Source: Candidatus Marinacidobacterales bacterium | GTDB lineage: Bacteria; Acidobacteriota; Vicinamibacteria; Marinacidobacterales; DATDRI01 | Assembly: GCA_965219415.1 (NCBI GenBank) | Contig: OZ244742.1 | Coordinates: forward strand, 224,001 to 288,000 | Length of the DNA: 64,000 nucleotides | Direction: 5' to 3' | Shown here: piece by piece, positions 52,109 to 62,295 of the stretch | How positions within the stretch are numbered: the stretch's first letter is position 1 | Layout: every line of letters starts with the position of its first letter | The notes under the pieces: generated by a model | The model's input: the letters and a program-made list of their open reading frames with translations, nothing else | Database searches by the model: none | Told to the model about the DNA's origin: nothing | Position numbers and translations under genes: made by a program

Positions 52109-53569
52109 GGGGATGTCCCGCCGGATGTTGAATTTGGGGTAGCGGCGGCTCCTTGGCCGGCCTAAGAATAGGTCTGCCAAACAACCGTCTCCAGAGGGGG
52201 ACAAGGAGCCACCAATGCCTAGGAAATCAAAGAAGCCAGTAAGAAAGCAAACGCACTCGCCTACGGGCAAGGTAGTTGGCCAAGTCGGTCAGATACTGCT
52301 ACCGATGATAGCTGGGATCGCGGCCACGAAGGCGGAACTGACGGAATGGGTGTACGAGCAAGGACTGACAGCTCTGCACCTACTGCTCAGAGAGGACGCC
52401 GAGGAGATCGCGGGGCTCAAGGGCAAGCACGAGAAGGAGCGAACTCATAACCACTGGGGGAGCACGAACGGAGAGCTGAGCTTCGGTGGTCGTCGCATCC
52501 AAGTGTCGCGACCTCGAGTTCGCTCGAAGTCGGGCGAGGAGGCGTCGCTTCCACACTTCGAAGCCTTCCGCGAAGAAGACCCGCTTCTAGAGCGAGCGTT
52601 GAATCAGATCTTGGTGGGGGTATCGACCCGAAATTACGAATCGAGTCTGGACAAACCCCGCGGCCAAGTTGAAGTCTCGTGGCACGAGTAAGAGTGCCGC
52701 CAGCCGTCACCTCGTGAGCCAGACGACTAAGAAGCTCGAGGAATACCTGTCTCGGCGGCTAGAGGAGTTCGAGCTTGCGGCACTGATGCTGGATGGCCTT
52801 GAGGTGGCCGGACAGACCGTCGTCGTAACTCTAGGTATCACAATAGATGGAACGAAGGTGCCCCTGGGTATATGGCTGGGCTCGACGGAGAACTCTCGGG
52901 TGTGCACCGCGATGTTGCAGGACCTTCTTGAACGGGGCTTGCGCGTCGATGAGTCGATTCTCTGCGTAGTGGACGGAGGCAAAGGCATCCGCAAGGCACT
53001 CGTCGACGTTTTGGGGGACCTCGCGGTCATCCAAAGGTGCCAGATCCATAAACTCCGGAATCTTCGCTCGTACCTTCCCAAGTCTCGTCACGCCTACGTG
53101 CTCCAGACGATGAAGGAAGCCTACAAGTGCAAGAGTGCCGACAAGGCGCGCAAGCGACTTCAGGCATTGGTGTCGTGGCTCGAGCGAAACGGCTACGACG
53201 AAGCTGCCGGAAGCCTTCGTGAAGGGATGGAAGAGACACTCACGGTCGTGAAGCTCGCGCTGCCCGCCTTACTTCGCCAGTCTCTTGCCACGACGAACGC
53301 CATTGAGAATCTCAACGGAACCATTCGCAGAGTATCGAGAAACCTCAAGCGTTGGAAGAGTCCTTCCATGGTTCGCCGATGGACCGCTCTTGGCGTCGTC
53401 ACCGCGCAGAAAAAGTTCCGGCGTATCAAAGGCTATCGCCATATGGGCGCTTTCGTTCACGCGCTTAGAAGCAAACAGAAATCTCTTGACAGCGATGAGT
53501 TTGCTGCCTAAGAGTATTCACAGGTGCCGCCGCTACCCGACCAAATTCAACAGCGGCCGGGACATCCCC
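52109..53569 (+). mobile_element. IS256-family insertion sequence
   Basis: Imperfect ~41-44 bp terminal IRs (GGGGATGTCCCG..TGTTGAATTTGG..GGTAGCGGCGGC); 8-bp target duplication AGGAGGTA at 52101-52108 and 53570-53577. Confidence 0.93.
52215..53511 (+). pseudogene. IS256 (Mutator-type DDE) transposase with +1 frameshift near 52657
   Basis: RPRVR, GVSTRNY, LDG, DGGKG, QRCQIHK.RN, TTNAIE; shift in the AAACCCC run. Confidence 0.88.
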
Positions 53570-53579
53570 AGGAGGTAAC

Positions 53580-54086
53580 GTGGGATTGTTTGGAAAATCT
53601 GAGCCCGACAAGCCAAATCCGGCAAGCGGTCCTCGAAGTGCTTCAACGCCAAGCGAGGCCGCGTCGGTGGCGGCCCGTACGCTCATCGGCCCCGAAACGG
53701 TCATCACCGGCGAGCTAAACACGAGCGAGGTCGTCCAAATCGAAGGCCGCGTGGAAGGCAAAATCAAGAGCCGTGGGTTGGTCGTGATAGGCGAAGCCGG
53801 ACGCGTGAAAGCGGAGATTGAGGCGGACAACGTCTCCATCCGTGGCAAGCTGGAAGGCGATTGCGCGGCGAAGAGCAAGGTCGAGATCACTAGCACCGGC
53901 AAGGTCTTTGGGAATCTTCGCGCTCCGCGCATCGCCGTCGCCGAAGGAGCCATCTTCCGCGGAGCCAGCCAGATGACGGTCAGCGAGGAGCACTCGGGCC
54001 AAAAGAAACCTGCGGCGTCATCGTCTGTGCCGGGATCCGAGGCGGCGTCGACGCCCGGCTCCACCGGAAAGCCTCACGGAAAGTGA
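53580..54086 (+). CDS. Bactofilin (polymer-forming cytoskeletal protein)
   Basis: TLIG.ETVITGEL...IEGRVEGKI...IGEAG.V.AEI.A..V.I.G...G beta-helix repeats; SD AGGAGG. Confidence 0.9.
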   Translation: MGLFGKSEPDKPNPASGPRSASTPSEAASVAARTLIGPETVITGELNTSEVVQIEGRVEGKIKSRGLVVIGEAGRVKAEIEADNVSIRGKLEGDCAAKSKVEITSTGKVFGNLRAPRIAVAEGAIFRGASQMTVSEEHSGQKKPAASSSVPGSEAASTPGSTGKPHGK

Positions 54087-54180
54087 CCATCGTGGTCGGG
54101 AAACCGGCTCGGTCTTGTGAGTTGACGCCGAATTGACGCGGCACGTTCGAGTCTGAAAAAGCCGACCAGAGTAGACCACC

Positions 54181-55293
54181 ATGCGAATCGGAACGGTAAA
54201 AGAGTTGAAGGACAACGAGTACCGAGTCGGCCTCGTACCCGGCGGCGTCAAGACACTTTACGAGGCTGGACACGAGATCCTCATCGAGGACCGGGCAGGG
54301 ATCGGGAGCGGCGTCGGAAACGAAGAGTACGAGGCGGCGGGGGCACGTATCGTTCCCTCAGCCGACGATGTGTTCCGAGAGGCCGACATGGTCATCAAGG
54401 TCAAGGAGCCCCTGGATTCCGAGGTACCCAAGCTCCGCGACGGGCAGATCCTCTTTACTTATCTCCACCTCGCCCCCCTGCCGAAGCTCACCGAAGCGTT
54501 GCTGGAAAGAAAGGTAACCGGGATTGCCTACGAGACCATCGCCACCGACGATGGAGCCCTGCCCCTTCTGACACCGATGAGCGAGGTGGCGGGCCGCATG
54601 GCGATCCAAGAGGGTGCGCACTACCTCGAGAAAAACCAGGGGGGAGCAGGAATACTTCTGGGTGGTGTCCCGGGGGTCCCGCCGGCCCATGTGGTCATCA
54701 TCGGGGGCGGAGTCGTGGGCGTGAACGCGGCAAAGATGGCGGTAGGAATGGGTGCACGTGTCACCGTCATCGAGAAGAGTCACTCCAAGATGCAGTACCT
54801 GGACGACCTGTTCTCGAGCTTGATCACAACTTTGATGTCGAACCCGCTGACCATCCTCGAATCGGTTCGCACCGCCGATCTCGTCGTGGGGGCGGTGCTC
54901 GTCCCGGGTGCGGCGGCGCCCAAGTTGGTAACCCGGGATATGGTTCGCCAGATGAAACGCGGATCGGTGATCGTGGACGTCGCCGTCGACCAAGGGGGAT
55001 GCATCGAGACCACGCATCCCACCACACATAGCGACCCTACTTACTTCGTGGACGAAGTCCTCCACTATTGCGTTGCGAACATGCCGGGAGCGGTGCCGCG
55101 AACCTCTACATTTGCTTTGACGAACCTCACGCTCCCCTACGCGCTGCGTATCGCTCACGATGGTTTCGTGCCCGCGATGCAAGCAGACCCGTCACTCCGC
55201 AAAGGCGTCAACGTTTACCAAGGCAAAGTGACCTGCGAACCCGTCGCCACCTCACAGGAGCGTTCCTTCGCCGACCTGCTGAGCCTATTGTGA
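54181..55293 (+). CDS. ald: Alanine dehydrogenase
   Basis: [48 protein letters not shown]. Confidence 0.97.
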   Translation: MRIGTVKELKDNEYRVGLVPGGVKTLYEAGHEILIEDRAGIGSGVGNEEYEAAGARIVPSADDVFREADMVIKVKEPLDSEVPKLRDGQILFTYLHLAPLPKLTEALLERKVTGIAYETIATDDGALPLLTPMSEVAGRMAIQEGAHYLEKNQGGAGILLGGVPGVPPAHVVIIGGGVVGVNAAKMAVGMGARVTVIEKSHSKMQYLDDLFSSLITTLMSNPLTILESVRTADLVVGAVLVPGAAAPKLVTRDMVRQMKRGSVIVDVAVDQGGCIETTHPTTHSDPTYFVDEVLHYCVANMPGAVPRTSTFALTNLTLPYALRIAHDGFVPAMQADPSLRKGVNVYQGKVTCEPVATSQERSFADLLSLL

Positions 55294-55314
55294 ACTAGGG
55301 TACTCGGCTCCAAC

Positions 55315-56160
55315 GTGACATCTCCCTTTCGACTCTTGCTCGATCCGCCTCACGATGGAGCGATGAACATGGCTGTCGATGAAGCGCTTTTCCTCTCCGC
55401 GATCGGCGGCCAGGCACCACCAACGGTTCGCTTGTACTCTTGGTCTCGCCCCACACTTTCCATCGGCTACCGACAGAATCTGGAAGAAACCTGCGACCTC
55501 GAAGCGTGTCGAAGACTCGGGATCGAAACGGTCCGGCGCCCTAGCGGAGGAAGAGCGGTGCTTCACGATCAGGAACTCACCTATTGCGTTGCCGCTGGTG
55601 CGCAAGGACCCTTTCGAGGGCTTTCGGTGCGGAGCGTCTACTGGTGGGTTAGCCGCGTGCTACACCGCTGCCTCGAGAAGAAGGGAGTGCCGGTGGATCC
55701 TCTTCCCTCTCCCTCCAAACACTCACCGACCCGTCAGCTGTCGAACCACGCGCTCCCTTGTTTCGCCGTTCCCACCGGCCATGAGCTTACTTCGAGGCGC
55801 CGCAAGCTGGTTGGAAGTGCCCAGAAGTGGAGCCGCCGAGGTTTCATGCAGCACGGCTCGATCCTCATGAGCATCGATTCGGCACTTTGGGCGCAGGTCG
55901 TCAGCCAAGAGGCCGCGAATGAGCTGCGCGCCGTCGGTGTCAACGAGCTCGTCGAGCCTCCTCTCTCCACGTCGCAGTTGATGAAGGACCTAGCGGCCGA
56001 GTTCGAGTACGCCATGGGTCAACCGGCCACCGAGCAGGCCCTCTCGGGCTTCGAGATCGAGACGGCTCGGCGCCTGGCTAAGACCAAGTACTCGACGGGT
56101 AGCTGGACGGTCCATCCGAGCGATTTTCCACGGCGTTCAGCTTTTGAGAAGGCTGTTTGA
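55315..56160 (+). CDS. Lipoate-protein ligase/octanoyltransferase (LipM/LplA family)
   Basis: NMAVDEAL, RRPSGGRAVLH, CF, KLVGSAQ, QHGSI. Confidence 0.88.
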   Translation: MTSPFRLLLDPPHDGAMNMAVDEALFLSAIGGQAPPTVRLYSWSRPTLSIGYRQNLEETCDLEACRRLGIETVRRPSGGRAVLHDQELTYCVAAGAQGPFRGLSVRSVYWWVSRVLHRCLEKKGVPVDPLPSPSKHSPTRQLSNHALPCFAVPTGHELTSRRRKLVGSAQKWSRRGFMQHGSILMSIDSALWAQVVSQEAANELRAVGVNELVEPPLSTSQLMKDLAAEFEYAMGQPATEQALSGFEIETARRLAKTKYSTGSWTVHPSDFPRRSAFEKAV

Positions 56161-56298
56161 ACGCTCAGGAGGCTTTCCGCCCGGCGTCCTGACAAGGCTT
56201 CTCCGCCGATGGCAGGTATGCTATCCTTTCTGTTGACCCCTGGAATCAACGTTCGAGCTCAGTCGTTCGTCCGCGCTTCGCGCGAACTGACGGTTTTC

Positions 56299-56327
56299 TT
56301 GACAACTCGGGAGATATTTGCTAAATA
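56299..56327 (+). promoter_or_regulatory. Putative sigma70 promoter of hrcA operon
   Basis: TTGACA-N17-TAAATA with preceding TG. Confidence 0.6.
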
Positions 56328-56332
56328 AGGAC

Positions 56333-56359
56333 TTAGCACTCTTGAGCCGAGAGTGCTAA
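56333..56359. promoter_or_regulatory. CIRCE operator (HrcA binding site)
   Basis: Perfect TTAGCACTC-N9-GAGTGCTAA. Confidence 0.97.
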
Positions 56360-56383
56360 GTCTGAACTTCCGAGTGACTAAGG

Positions 56384-57454
56384 ATGACGACGCCAGAATT
56401 GGATACCCGAACCCAGAATATCCTTCGGCAAGCGGTGCATACGTTCATCGCTTTCGGTGACCCGGTGGGCTCCAGGACGCTTGCCAAAGTGAACTCCCTG
56501 GGGCTCTCTCCAGCCACGATTCGAAACATCATGGCGGATCTCGAAGAGCTTGGTTATCTCTTCCAACCCCACACCTCGGCCGGACGAGTACCGACCGACA
56601 AGGGATATCGTTTCTACGTCAGCACGGTCATGAGCGGCAGCGGCCTGTCGCCGGGCGAGCGGGACATGATCGGAAGCAGTTTGAAGCAGTCGGAGGGGGA
56701 CGTCGGCTCTCTCATGCAAGGGACCTCCCACCTCCTGGCTAGCATGACCGACATGGTGAGCTTCGTCATCGGCCCCGATATCCAGCAAAGTACGTTGCAG
56801 CAGGTGGATTTCGTAACGCTCGCACCACGACGCCTTCTCGTGGTGGTGGTCTCGGAAACGGCGCAGGTCGTAAGCCGGGTGGTCGAGCTCGCGGAAGACT
56901 TCACCGGTCCAGAGCTGGAGCGGTTCGCTCGGTATTTGAACACCGCGTTCCGGGGCTTCACCCTCGCGGAGGCGAGGGAAACGTTGCTCTTGAAACTGAG
57001 AGAAGAGCAGGCGCTATACGATCGTGTCGTCAAGAACGCCTTGACCTTGGGTCGGGTGGCTTTCGCGGAGAACGCGGCAGCGTCCGACGTGTACGTCGAG
57101 GGCACCTCGCGGATACTCGCCAAGCCCGAGTTCAGCACCAACATCGAACGCGCACAGCAACTCTTCGCTACGCTCGAGGAGAGGAACCGCATCCTAGAAA
57201 TCCTCACCGCCTGTTTAGAGGGCAGCGGCCTCCAGATCGTTATCGGCTCGGAAGCGCCGGTTCCAGACCTCGAGGGCATCTCGCTGATTGCAGCCAGCTA
57301 TCGGTACCGAGGTCGAGAGTTGGGATCGGTCGGAATCATTGGGCCGACCCGGATGAAGTATGCAAAATTTATCTCGGTCGTGGACTACATCGCCCATTCG
57401 TTGTCGGATACGATCAGCCACGGCAGGGGCAACAAAATCAAGGGATTATCATGA
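56384..57454 (+). CDS. hrcA: Heat-inducible transcription repressor
   Basis: PVGSR, SPATIRN.MADLEE.G, PHTSAGRVPT..GYR, GPTRM.Y. Confidence 0.97.
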   Translation: MTTPELDTRTQNILRQAVHTFIAFGDPVGSRTLAKVNSLGLSPATIRNIMADLEELGYLFQPHTSAGRVPTDKGYRFYVSTVMSGSGLSPGERDMIGSSLKQSEGDVGSLMQGTSHLLASMTDMVSFVIGPDIQQSTLQQVDFVTLAPRRLLVVVVSETAQVVSRVVELAEDFTGPELERFARYLNTAFRGFTLAEARETLLLKLREEQALYDRVVKNALTLGRVAFAENAAASDVYVEGTSRILAKPEFSTNIERAQQLFATLEERNRILEILTACLEGSGLQIVIGSEAPVPDLEGISLIAASYRYRGRELGSVGIIGPTRMKYAKFISVVDYIAHSLSDTISHGRGNKIKGLS

Positions 57455-57549
57455 AACAACCCAGTCAGGCCACCGCGAAGGGATGGACGACACCCATACG
57501 ATGAACGCGGATCGCAATCCAATGCAGAGCGAACACAAGGAGAAGTCCG

Positions 57550-58287
57550 CTGAGTAAAAGCAAGAAAACGATACCGGTGACAGACGGGTCAAACGGGGAA
57601 GACCGGGAAGAATCCGCCGTGAGGGACCACACCGACTCCCCTCAGCCCGCGGCGGCTCGAGAAGAAGAGTACGGGCTGGCAGCAGTGGAGCCCGAGCAGG
57701 AAGAGACTGGCCTAGCGGCGGTCGAGCCGACTGAACCAGTTGATGAAGACACAAGGCTCGAGAAACTCAACCAGGAGCTCCAGGAAACCCAAGACCTCCT
57801 CCGTCGTAAACACGCGGAGTTTGAGAACTATCGGAAGCGCATCGAGCGTGAGCAGAAAGAGTTCGTTTCCTACGCAACCTCCGAGCTAGTTCTCGGGATC
57901 CTGCCGGTGCTGGACAACTTGGAACGCGCTTTGGGATCCGCGCAGTCCGCCGAAACGGGCCCCGAGAACCAGATCAGTGAAGGAGTCGCCATCATTTATC
58001 GCCAATTCAGTGACATTTTGCAGAAGGCTGGCCTGCGTGAAGTAGCGGCTTTGGGGGAGGATTTCGACCCTCACGTACATGAAGCCGTGGCTCGCGTCGA
58101 AACTACCGAACACCGCGAAGGCGAGATTCTGGATGTTCTTCAAAAGGGTTACTTTCTTAAGGAGCGTTTGTTGAGACCGGCGATGGTCAGAGTCGGCCAC
58201 AACCCCTCGTTCAACGAGGAAGATAACGATACCGAGTCGCCCGAGGAAGTTCGGGCTGCCGACGACAGTTCGAAGTCTGAAGCCTAA
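57550..58287 (+). CDS. grpE: Nucleotide exchange factor GrpE
   Basis: AEFENYRKR, LPVLDNLERA, FDP..HEAV, QKGY...RLLRPAMV; probable CTG start at 57550 (GTG 57577 is the alternative). Confidence 0.95.
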   Translation: MSKSKKTIPVTDGSNGEDREESAVRDHTDSPQPAAAREEEYGLAAVEPEQEETGLAAVEPTEPVDEDTRLEKLNQELQETQDLLRRKHAEFENYRKRIEREQKEFVSYATSELVLGILPVLDNLERALGSAQSAETGPENQISEGVAIIYRQFSDILQKAGLREVAALGEDFDPHVHEAVARVETTEHREGEILDVLQKGYFLKERLLRPAMVRVGHNPSFNEEDNDTESPEEVRAADDSSKSEA

Positions 58288-58398
58288 TCCGATGCTTAAT
58301 GTGATGCCTAGTGTGATGATAGACCCGGAATTATCGAGGGCGTGGTTCTCGGCGTCCGAATCGCTCGCCGACGAAGCCAGAAACAAAGGAGCTAAGCA

Positions 58399-60198
58399 TT
58401 GGGCAAGGTGGTAGGAATAGATCTCGGCACGACAAACTCGTGCATTGTCGTGATGGAAGGCGGAACCGCACAAGTCATCCCTAATCAGGAGGGCGCACGG
58501 ACAACTCCTTCCATCGTGGCCTTTACCAACAAGGGTGAGCGGCTAGTGGGACAGATCGCCAAGCGGCAAGCCCTGACCAATCCCCAAAACACCGTCCACG
58601 GCGTGAAGAGGTTGATCGGACGGCGTTTCGACTCTCCAGAAATCGAGAGCGCTAAGAACATTCTCCCCTACGAGATGGTCCAGTCCGCCAACGGAGACGC
58701 CCACATCAAGATCGACGATAAAATCTATAGCCCCCCCGAGCTCTCCGCCATCGTCCTTCAGAAACTGAAGGCGGCGGCGGAAGACTATCTCGGTGAACCG
58801 GTGGAAGACGCCATCATCACCGCGCCGGCGTATTTCAACGATTCGCAGCGGCAAGCTACCAAGGATGCCGGGCAAATTGCTGGGCTGAAAGTGCTGCGTA
58901 TCTTGAACGAGCCCACTGCAGCCGCGCTGGCCTACGGAGCCCAACAAACGAGCGCCACCAAGGTTGCGGTCTACGACCTCGGTGGAGGCACTTTCGACAT
59001 CTCGATCCTAGAGCTCCAAGACGGGCTGTATCAGGTACTCGCTACCGGTGGCGACACCTATCTCGGGGGCGAGGACATCGATCAGCTGATCATCAATTGG
59101 CTAGTCGATGAGTTTAAAACGGAGACCGAGATCGATCTCACCGGCGATCGCATGGCCCTCCAAAGGCTCAAGGAAGCTGCGGAGAAGGCCAAGTGCGAGC
59201 TCTCAACATCCGCTCAATCGGAGATCGTTCTTCCCTTTATCTCCGCGAACCAGTCCGGCCCTAAACACCTCAACACCGTCCTCACCAAAGGACAGGTCGA
59301 GGAGATGATTGCGCCTTTGTTAGAGCGGACGGTCGAGCCGTGCATGACCGCCTTGAAGGACGCCGGCCTTACCAAGGACGAGATCGAGGACGTCGTTATG
59401 GTGGGCGGCCAGACCCGTACGCCCAAGGTGCTCGAGATCGTCCGGAAAGTCTTCGGCCGCGAGCCCAACCGGAGTGTGAACCCGGACGAAGTCGTATCGA
59501 TGGGCGCCGCGATCCAGACCGGTATCCTTTCCGGAGAGGTCACCGACCTGGTGCTGCTCGACGTCACACCGCACACGCTCGGCATCGAGACCAAGGATGG
59601 GACGTTTACTCCCCCCATCGATCGTCAAGCCACCATTCCCACCAAGAAGAGCCGGATCTTCACGACCGTCACCGACAACCAAACGAAGGTCGAGGTTCAC
59701 GTTCTTCAGGGCGAGAACGAGCAAGCCGCCTACAACACCTCACTGGGTCGGTTCCAACTGACCGACATCGCCCCCGCACCGAAGGGAGTCCCCCAGGTCG
59801 AAGTGTCCTTCGAGATCGACGTGAACGGCATCGTCCAAGTGACCGCGCTCGATCAGGCTACCGGCCGGCAACAGAATATCGTGACCCGCGCCGGGAGCGG
59901 TCTCTCCGAGGCCGAAGTGAACCGCCTAAAGACGGAGACCGAGACACGCGAGGAAGACAAGAAAACCGAGACAGAACGTGAGGCAGTCGAAAACCAACTA
60001 CAGGGACTATTGGAAAGCACCAAGAAAAGTTTCGACGAATTCGGCGACAAACTGACCGACGAGGAGAAGACCAAAGCGAGTGATGCCTTGGCGAGCGCAG
60101 AACAAAAAAAGGACGGCAGTGTCGAGGAGCTAAAGTCGGCTTTGACCGAGTTGGAATCTGCCGCCGCGGCTTTGTCGCAGGCAATGCTCGGAAGCTGA
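58399..60198 (+). CDS. dnaK: Chaperone DnaK
   Basis: GIDLGTTNS, PAYFND, NEPTAAA, DLGGGTFD, NPDE, LDVTP. Confidence 0.97.
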   Translation: MGKVVGIDLGTTNSCIVVMEGGTAQVIPNQEGARTTPSIVAFTNKGERLVGQIAKRQALTNPQNTVHGVKRLIGRRFDSPEIESAKNILPYEMVQSANGDAHIKIDDKIYSPPELSAIVLQKLKAAAEDYLGEPVEDAIITAPAYFNDSQRQATKDAGQIAGLKVLRILNEPTAAALAYGAQQTSATKVAVYDLGGGTFDISILELQDGLYQVLATGGDTYLGGEDIDQLIINWLVDEFKTETEIDLTGDRMALQRLKEAAEKAKCELSTSAQSEIVLPFISANQSGPKHLNTVLTKGQVEEMIAPLLERTVEPCMTALKDAGLTKDEIEDVVMVGGQTRTPKVLEIVRKVFGREPNRSVNPDEVVSMGAAIQTGILSGEVTDLVLLDVTPHTLGIETKDGTFTPPIDRQATIPTKKSRIFTTVTDNQTKVEVHVLQGENEQAAYNTSLGRFQLTDIAPAPKGVPQVEVSFEIDVNGIVQVTALDQATGRQQNIVTRAGSGLSEAEVNRLKTETETREEDKKTETEREAVENQLQGLLESTKKSFDEFGDKLTDEEKTKASDALASAEQKKDGSVEELKSALTELESAAAALSQAMLGS

Positions 60199-60223
60199 CG
60201 CAACAACAAAGGGGAGCCAGCGA

Positions 60224-61363
60224 TTGGTCAGCATAGGCCAGCGAGATTACTACGAAGTTCTAGGCGTCGGTAAAGCAGCAAGTCAACAGCAGATCAAGAG
60301 CGCCTACCGAAGGCTCGCCGTCAAACTTCACCCAGACAAAAATCCCGGGGACAAGAACGCCGAGGAAGCGTTCAAAGAAGCCGCGGAAGCCTACAGCATT
60401 CTGGGAGATCCCGAAAAGCGGGCCGTCTACGATCAATACGGTCGCGCCGGTCTCAAAGGCGGTCCCTCGGTCAACCAGGACATCTTTCGCGAGTTCTCCG
60501 ATATTTTCGGCGGAAGCATTTTTGAAGACCTGTTCGGCTTCGGTGACATATTCGGTGGAGCGCGGTCGAGAAGCTCCGTCCGACGCGGCGCAGATTTCCG
60601 CTACGATCTGGAGATCACCTTCGAAGAAGCGGTCAAAGGAACCGAGACGCGCATCCGGATCCCGAGCGACCAAACCTGTTCCAATTGCAGTGGTACCGGC
60701 GCAGCGCCAGGAACCGAGAAGTCTTCTTGTTCCACTTGCGACGGTCGCGGACATCTTCGCTACCAACAAGGGTTCCTGGTCGTCTCGCGTGCCTGCGGAA
60801 GGTGTCACGGCACCGGACAAGTCATCCCCACCCCTTGTCCAGAATGCTCTGGGAGCGGCCAGGTTTCCCGGGAGCGTGAGCTCGCAATCAAAATACCGGC
60901 CGGAGTGGACACCGGGTCGCAGCTTCGCCTAACCGGCGATGGCGAGACCGGTGTGGGCGGCGGACCACCTGGAGATCTCTACGTCTTTCTCCAGGTAGAG
61001 GATCATCCCTTCTTTGGGCGTCGCGAGGACGATATTTTCTGCGAGGTTCCCATCAGCTTTGCTCAAGCTGCCCTAGGCGATGAGATCGAAGTTCCGACCA
61101 TCGATGGCAAGGAGCGGATCAGCGTTCCCGAGGGGACGCAAACCGGAACGATCTTCAAGCTCAAAGGAAAAGGCGTCCCTCGACTTCGCGGGGCCGGCCG
61201 AGGACATCAACTGGTTGCGGTGAACGTGGTCACCCCGACCGAGCTAAGCGGCGAACAACGTAAACTACTCGCTCAACTTGGAGAGCTGACGCCCCCCTTG
61301 TCCGCAACGCACGAAGGAAACCCGAAGGAAAAGGGCTTCCTCGGGAAACTTTTCGGATCGTAG
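60224..61363 (+). CDS. dnaJ: Chaperone DnaJ
   Basis: DYYEVLG, HPD, G/F region, four CxxCxGxG. Confidence 0.97.
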   Translation: MVSIGQRDYYEVLGVGKAASQQQIKSAYRRLAVKLHPDKNPGDKNAEEAFKEAAEAYSILGDPEKRAVYDQYGRAGLKGGPSVNQDIFREFSDIFGGSIFEDLFGFGDIFGGARSRSSVRRGADFRYDLEITFEEAVKGTETRIRIPSDQTCSNCSGTGAAPGTEKSSCSTCDGRGHLRYQQGFLVVSRACGRCHGTGQVIPTPCPECSGSGQVSRERELAIKIPAGVDTGSQLRLTGDGETGVGGGPPGDLYVFLQVEDHPFFGRREDDIFCEVPISFAQAALGDEIEVPTIDGKERISVPEGTQTGTIFKLKGKGVPRLRGAGRGHQLVAVNVVTPTELSGEQRKLLAQLGELTPPLSATHEGNPKEKGFLGKLFGS

Positions 61364-61437
61364 ACCGTCGACGAGGGCGACGCGCTGGCCTGGAAAGCTT
61401 CGGCTGTCGTGCCGGTCGTCGATGTCAGCCCTGACCC

Positions 61438-62295
61438 ATGCCTCGACTCGATGCAGGATCCCAACGAAGCTACCCTAGCCTTCTCTTCAAAGGACCCAGT
61501 GAGGACGTCGACGCGGCCCTCTGCACACTCTTCGAAGAACGCTGCCTAGGGACGGAAACGCTTCCGGGGGCCGCGTTTATACGCGCGTTTTTTCCCCCCC
61601 GCACAGATCTCGGACCGCTCAGCAAGCGACTTGCGCGGGCACTGCCTCGCCTTCGAATAGGCCCGGTCGTTGTCGTTGCCGAACAGGACTGGCTCGAGCA
61701 GTGGCGGAAGGGACTGACAGGTCTTGCACTGGGTGAGCGATTCTACGTCTCGCCGTCTTGGCAAAAGCCTCCAACGACCGGGCGCTTCGTCCTTCGTATC
61801 GACCCCGAGCAAGCGTTCGGCACGGGAAGTCACGACTCGACTCGGGTCTGCCTAGAACTCATCGAAGAATGCGCCGCACCGGGAATGAGCGCCATCGATG
61901 TAGGAACCGGAACCGGGATTTTGGCGATGGCGGCAGCAACGCTAGGCTGCGAGACGGTGCTCGCCATCGAAAACGATCCCGCGGCGGCATCTTGCGCGAG
62001 AGAGAACGTGAACCACAATGGGCTGGGTGAGCGAGTTGAAGTTCTGACTTGCGACCTTTCTGATGTTCGTCCGGACGCAGCCGATCTCGTTATCGCCAAC
62101 CTCACTCTTCCAATTCTGATTCGGCACCTCAAGAGACTGACCGCGTGGGCCGCGCCTCGTGGCGCGATCATCCTCTCCGGACTTCTGGTCTCGGAAGTCG
62201 AAGGTCTAATGAAGAGCCTCCCTTCCCATGTGGAACCAGTTCGTTACTACACGGCGGGCGAATGGGCCACCCTGCTCGCCCGCTCGACGGGTTGA
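61438..62295 (+). CDS. prmA: Ribosomal protein L11 methyltransferase
   Basis: IDPEQAFGTGSH.ST, DVGTGTGILA, IAN, ILSGL. Confidence 0.92.
   Translation: MPRLDAGSQRSYPSLLFKGPSEDVDAALCTLFEERCLGTETLPGAAFIRAFFPPRTDLGPLSKRLARALPRLRIGPVVVVAEQDWLEQWRKGLTGLALGERFYVSPSWQKPPTTGRFVLRIDPEQAFGTGSHDSTRVCLELIEECAAPGMSAIDVGTGTGILAMAAATLGCETVLAIENDPAAASCARENVNHNGLGERVEVLTCDLSDVRPDAADLVIANLTLPILIRHLKRLTAWAAPRGAIILSGLLVSEVEGLMKSLPSHVEPVRYYTAGEWATLLARSTG

Noticed and set aside
52650-52691. Programmed frameshift in the transposase
   Set aside because: IS256 transposases are normally single ORFs; one extra C in a run is better explained as mutation or error
51913-53569. tRNA-integrated genomic island or prophage
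   Set aside because: No integrase and no duplicated tRNA 3' end seen; the element is a simple IS with its own TSD 112 bp downstream of the tRNA
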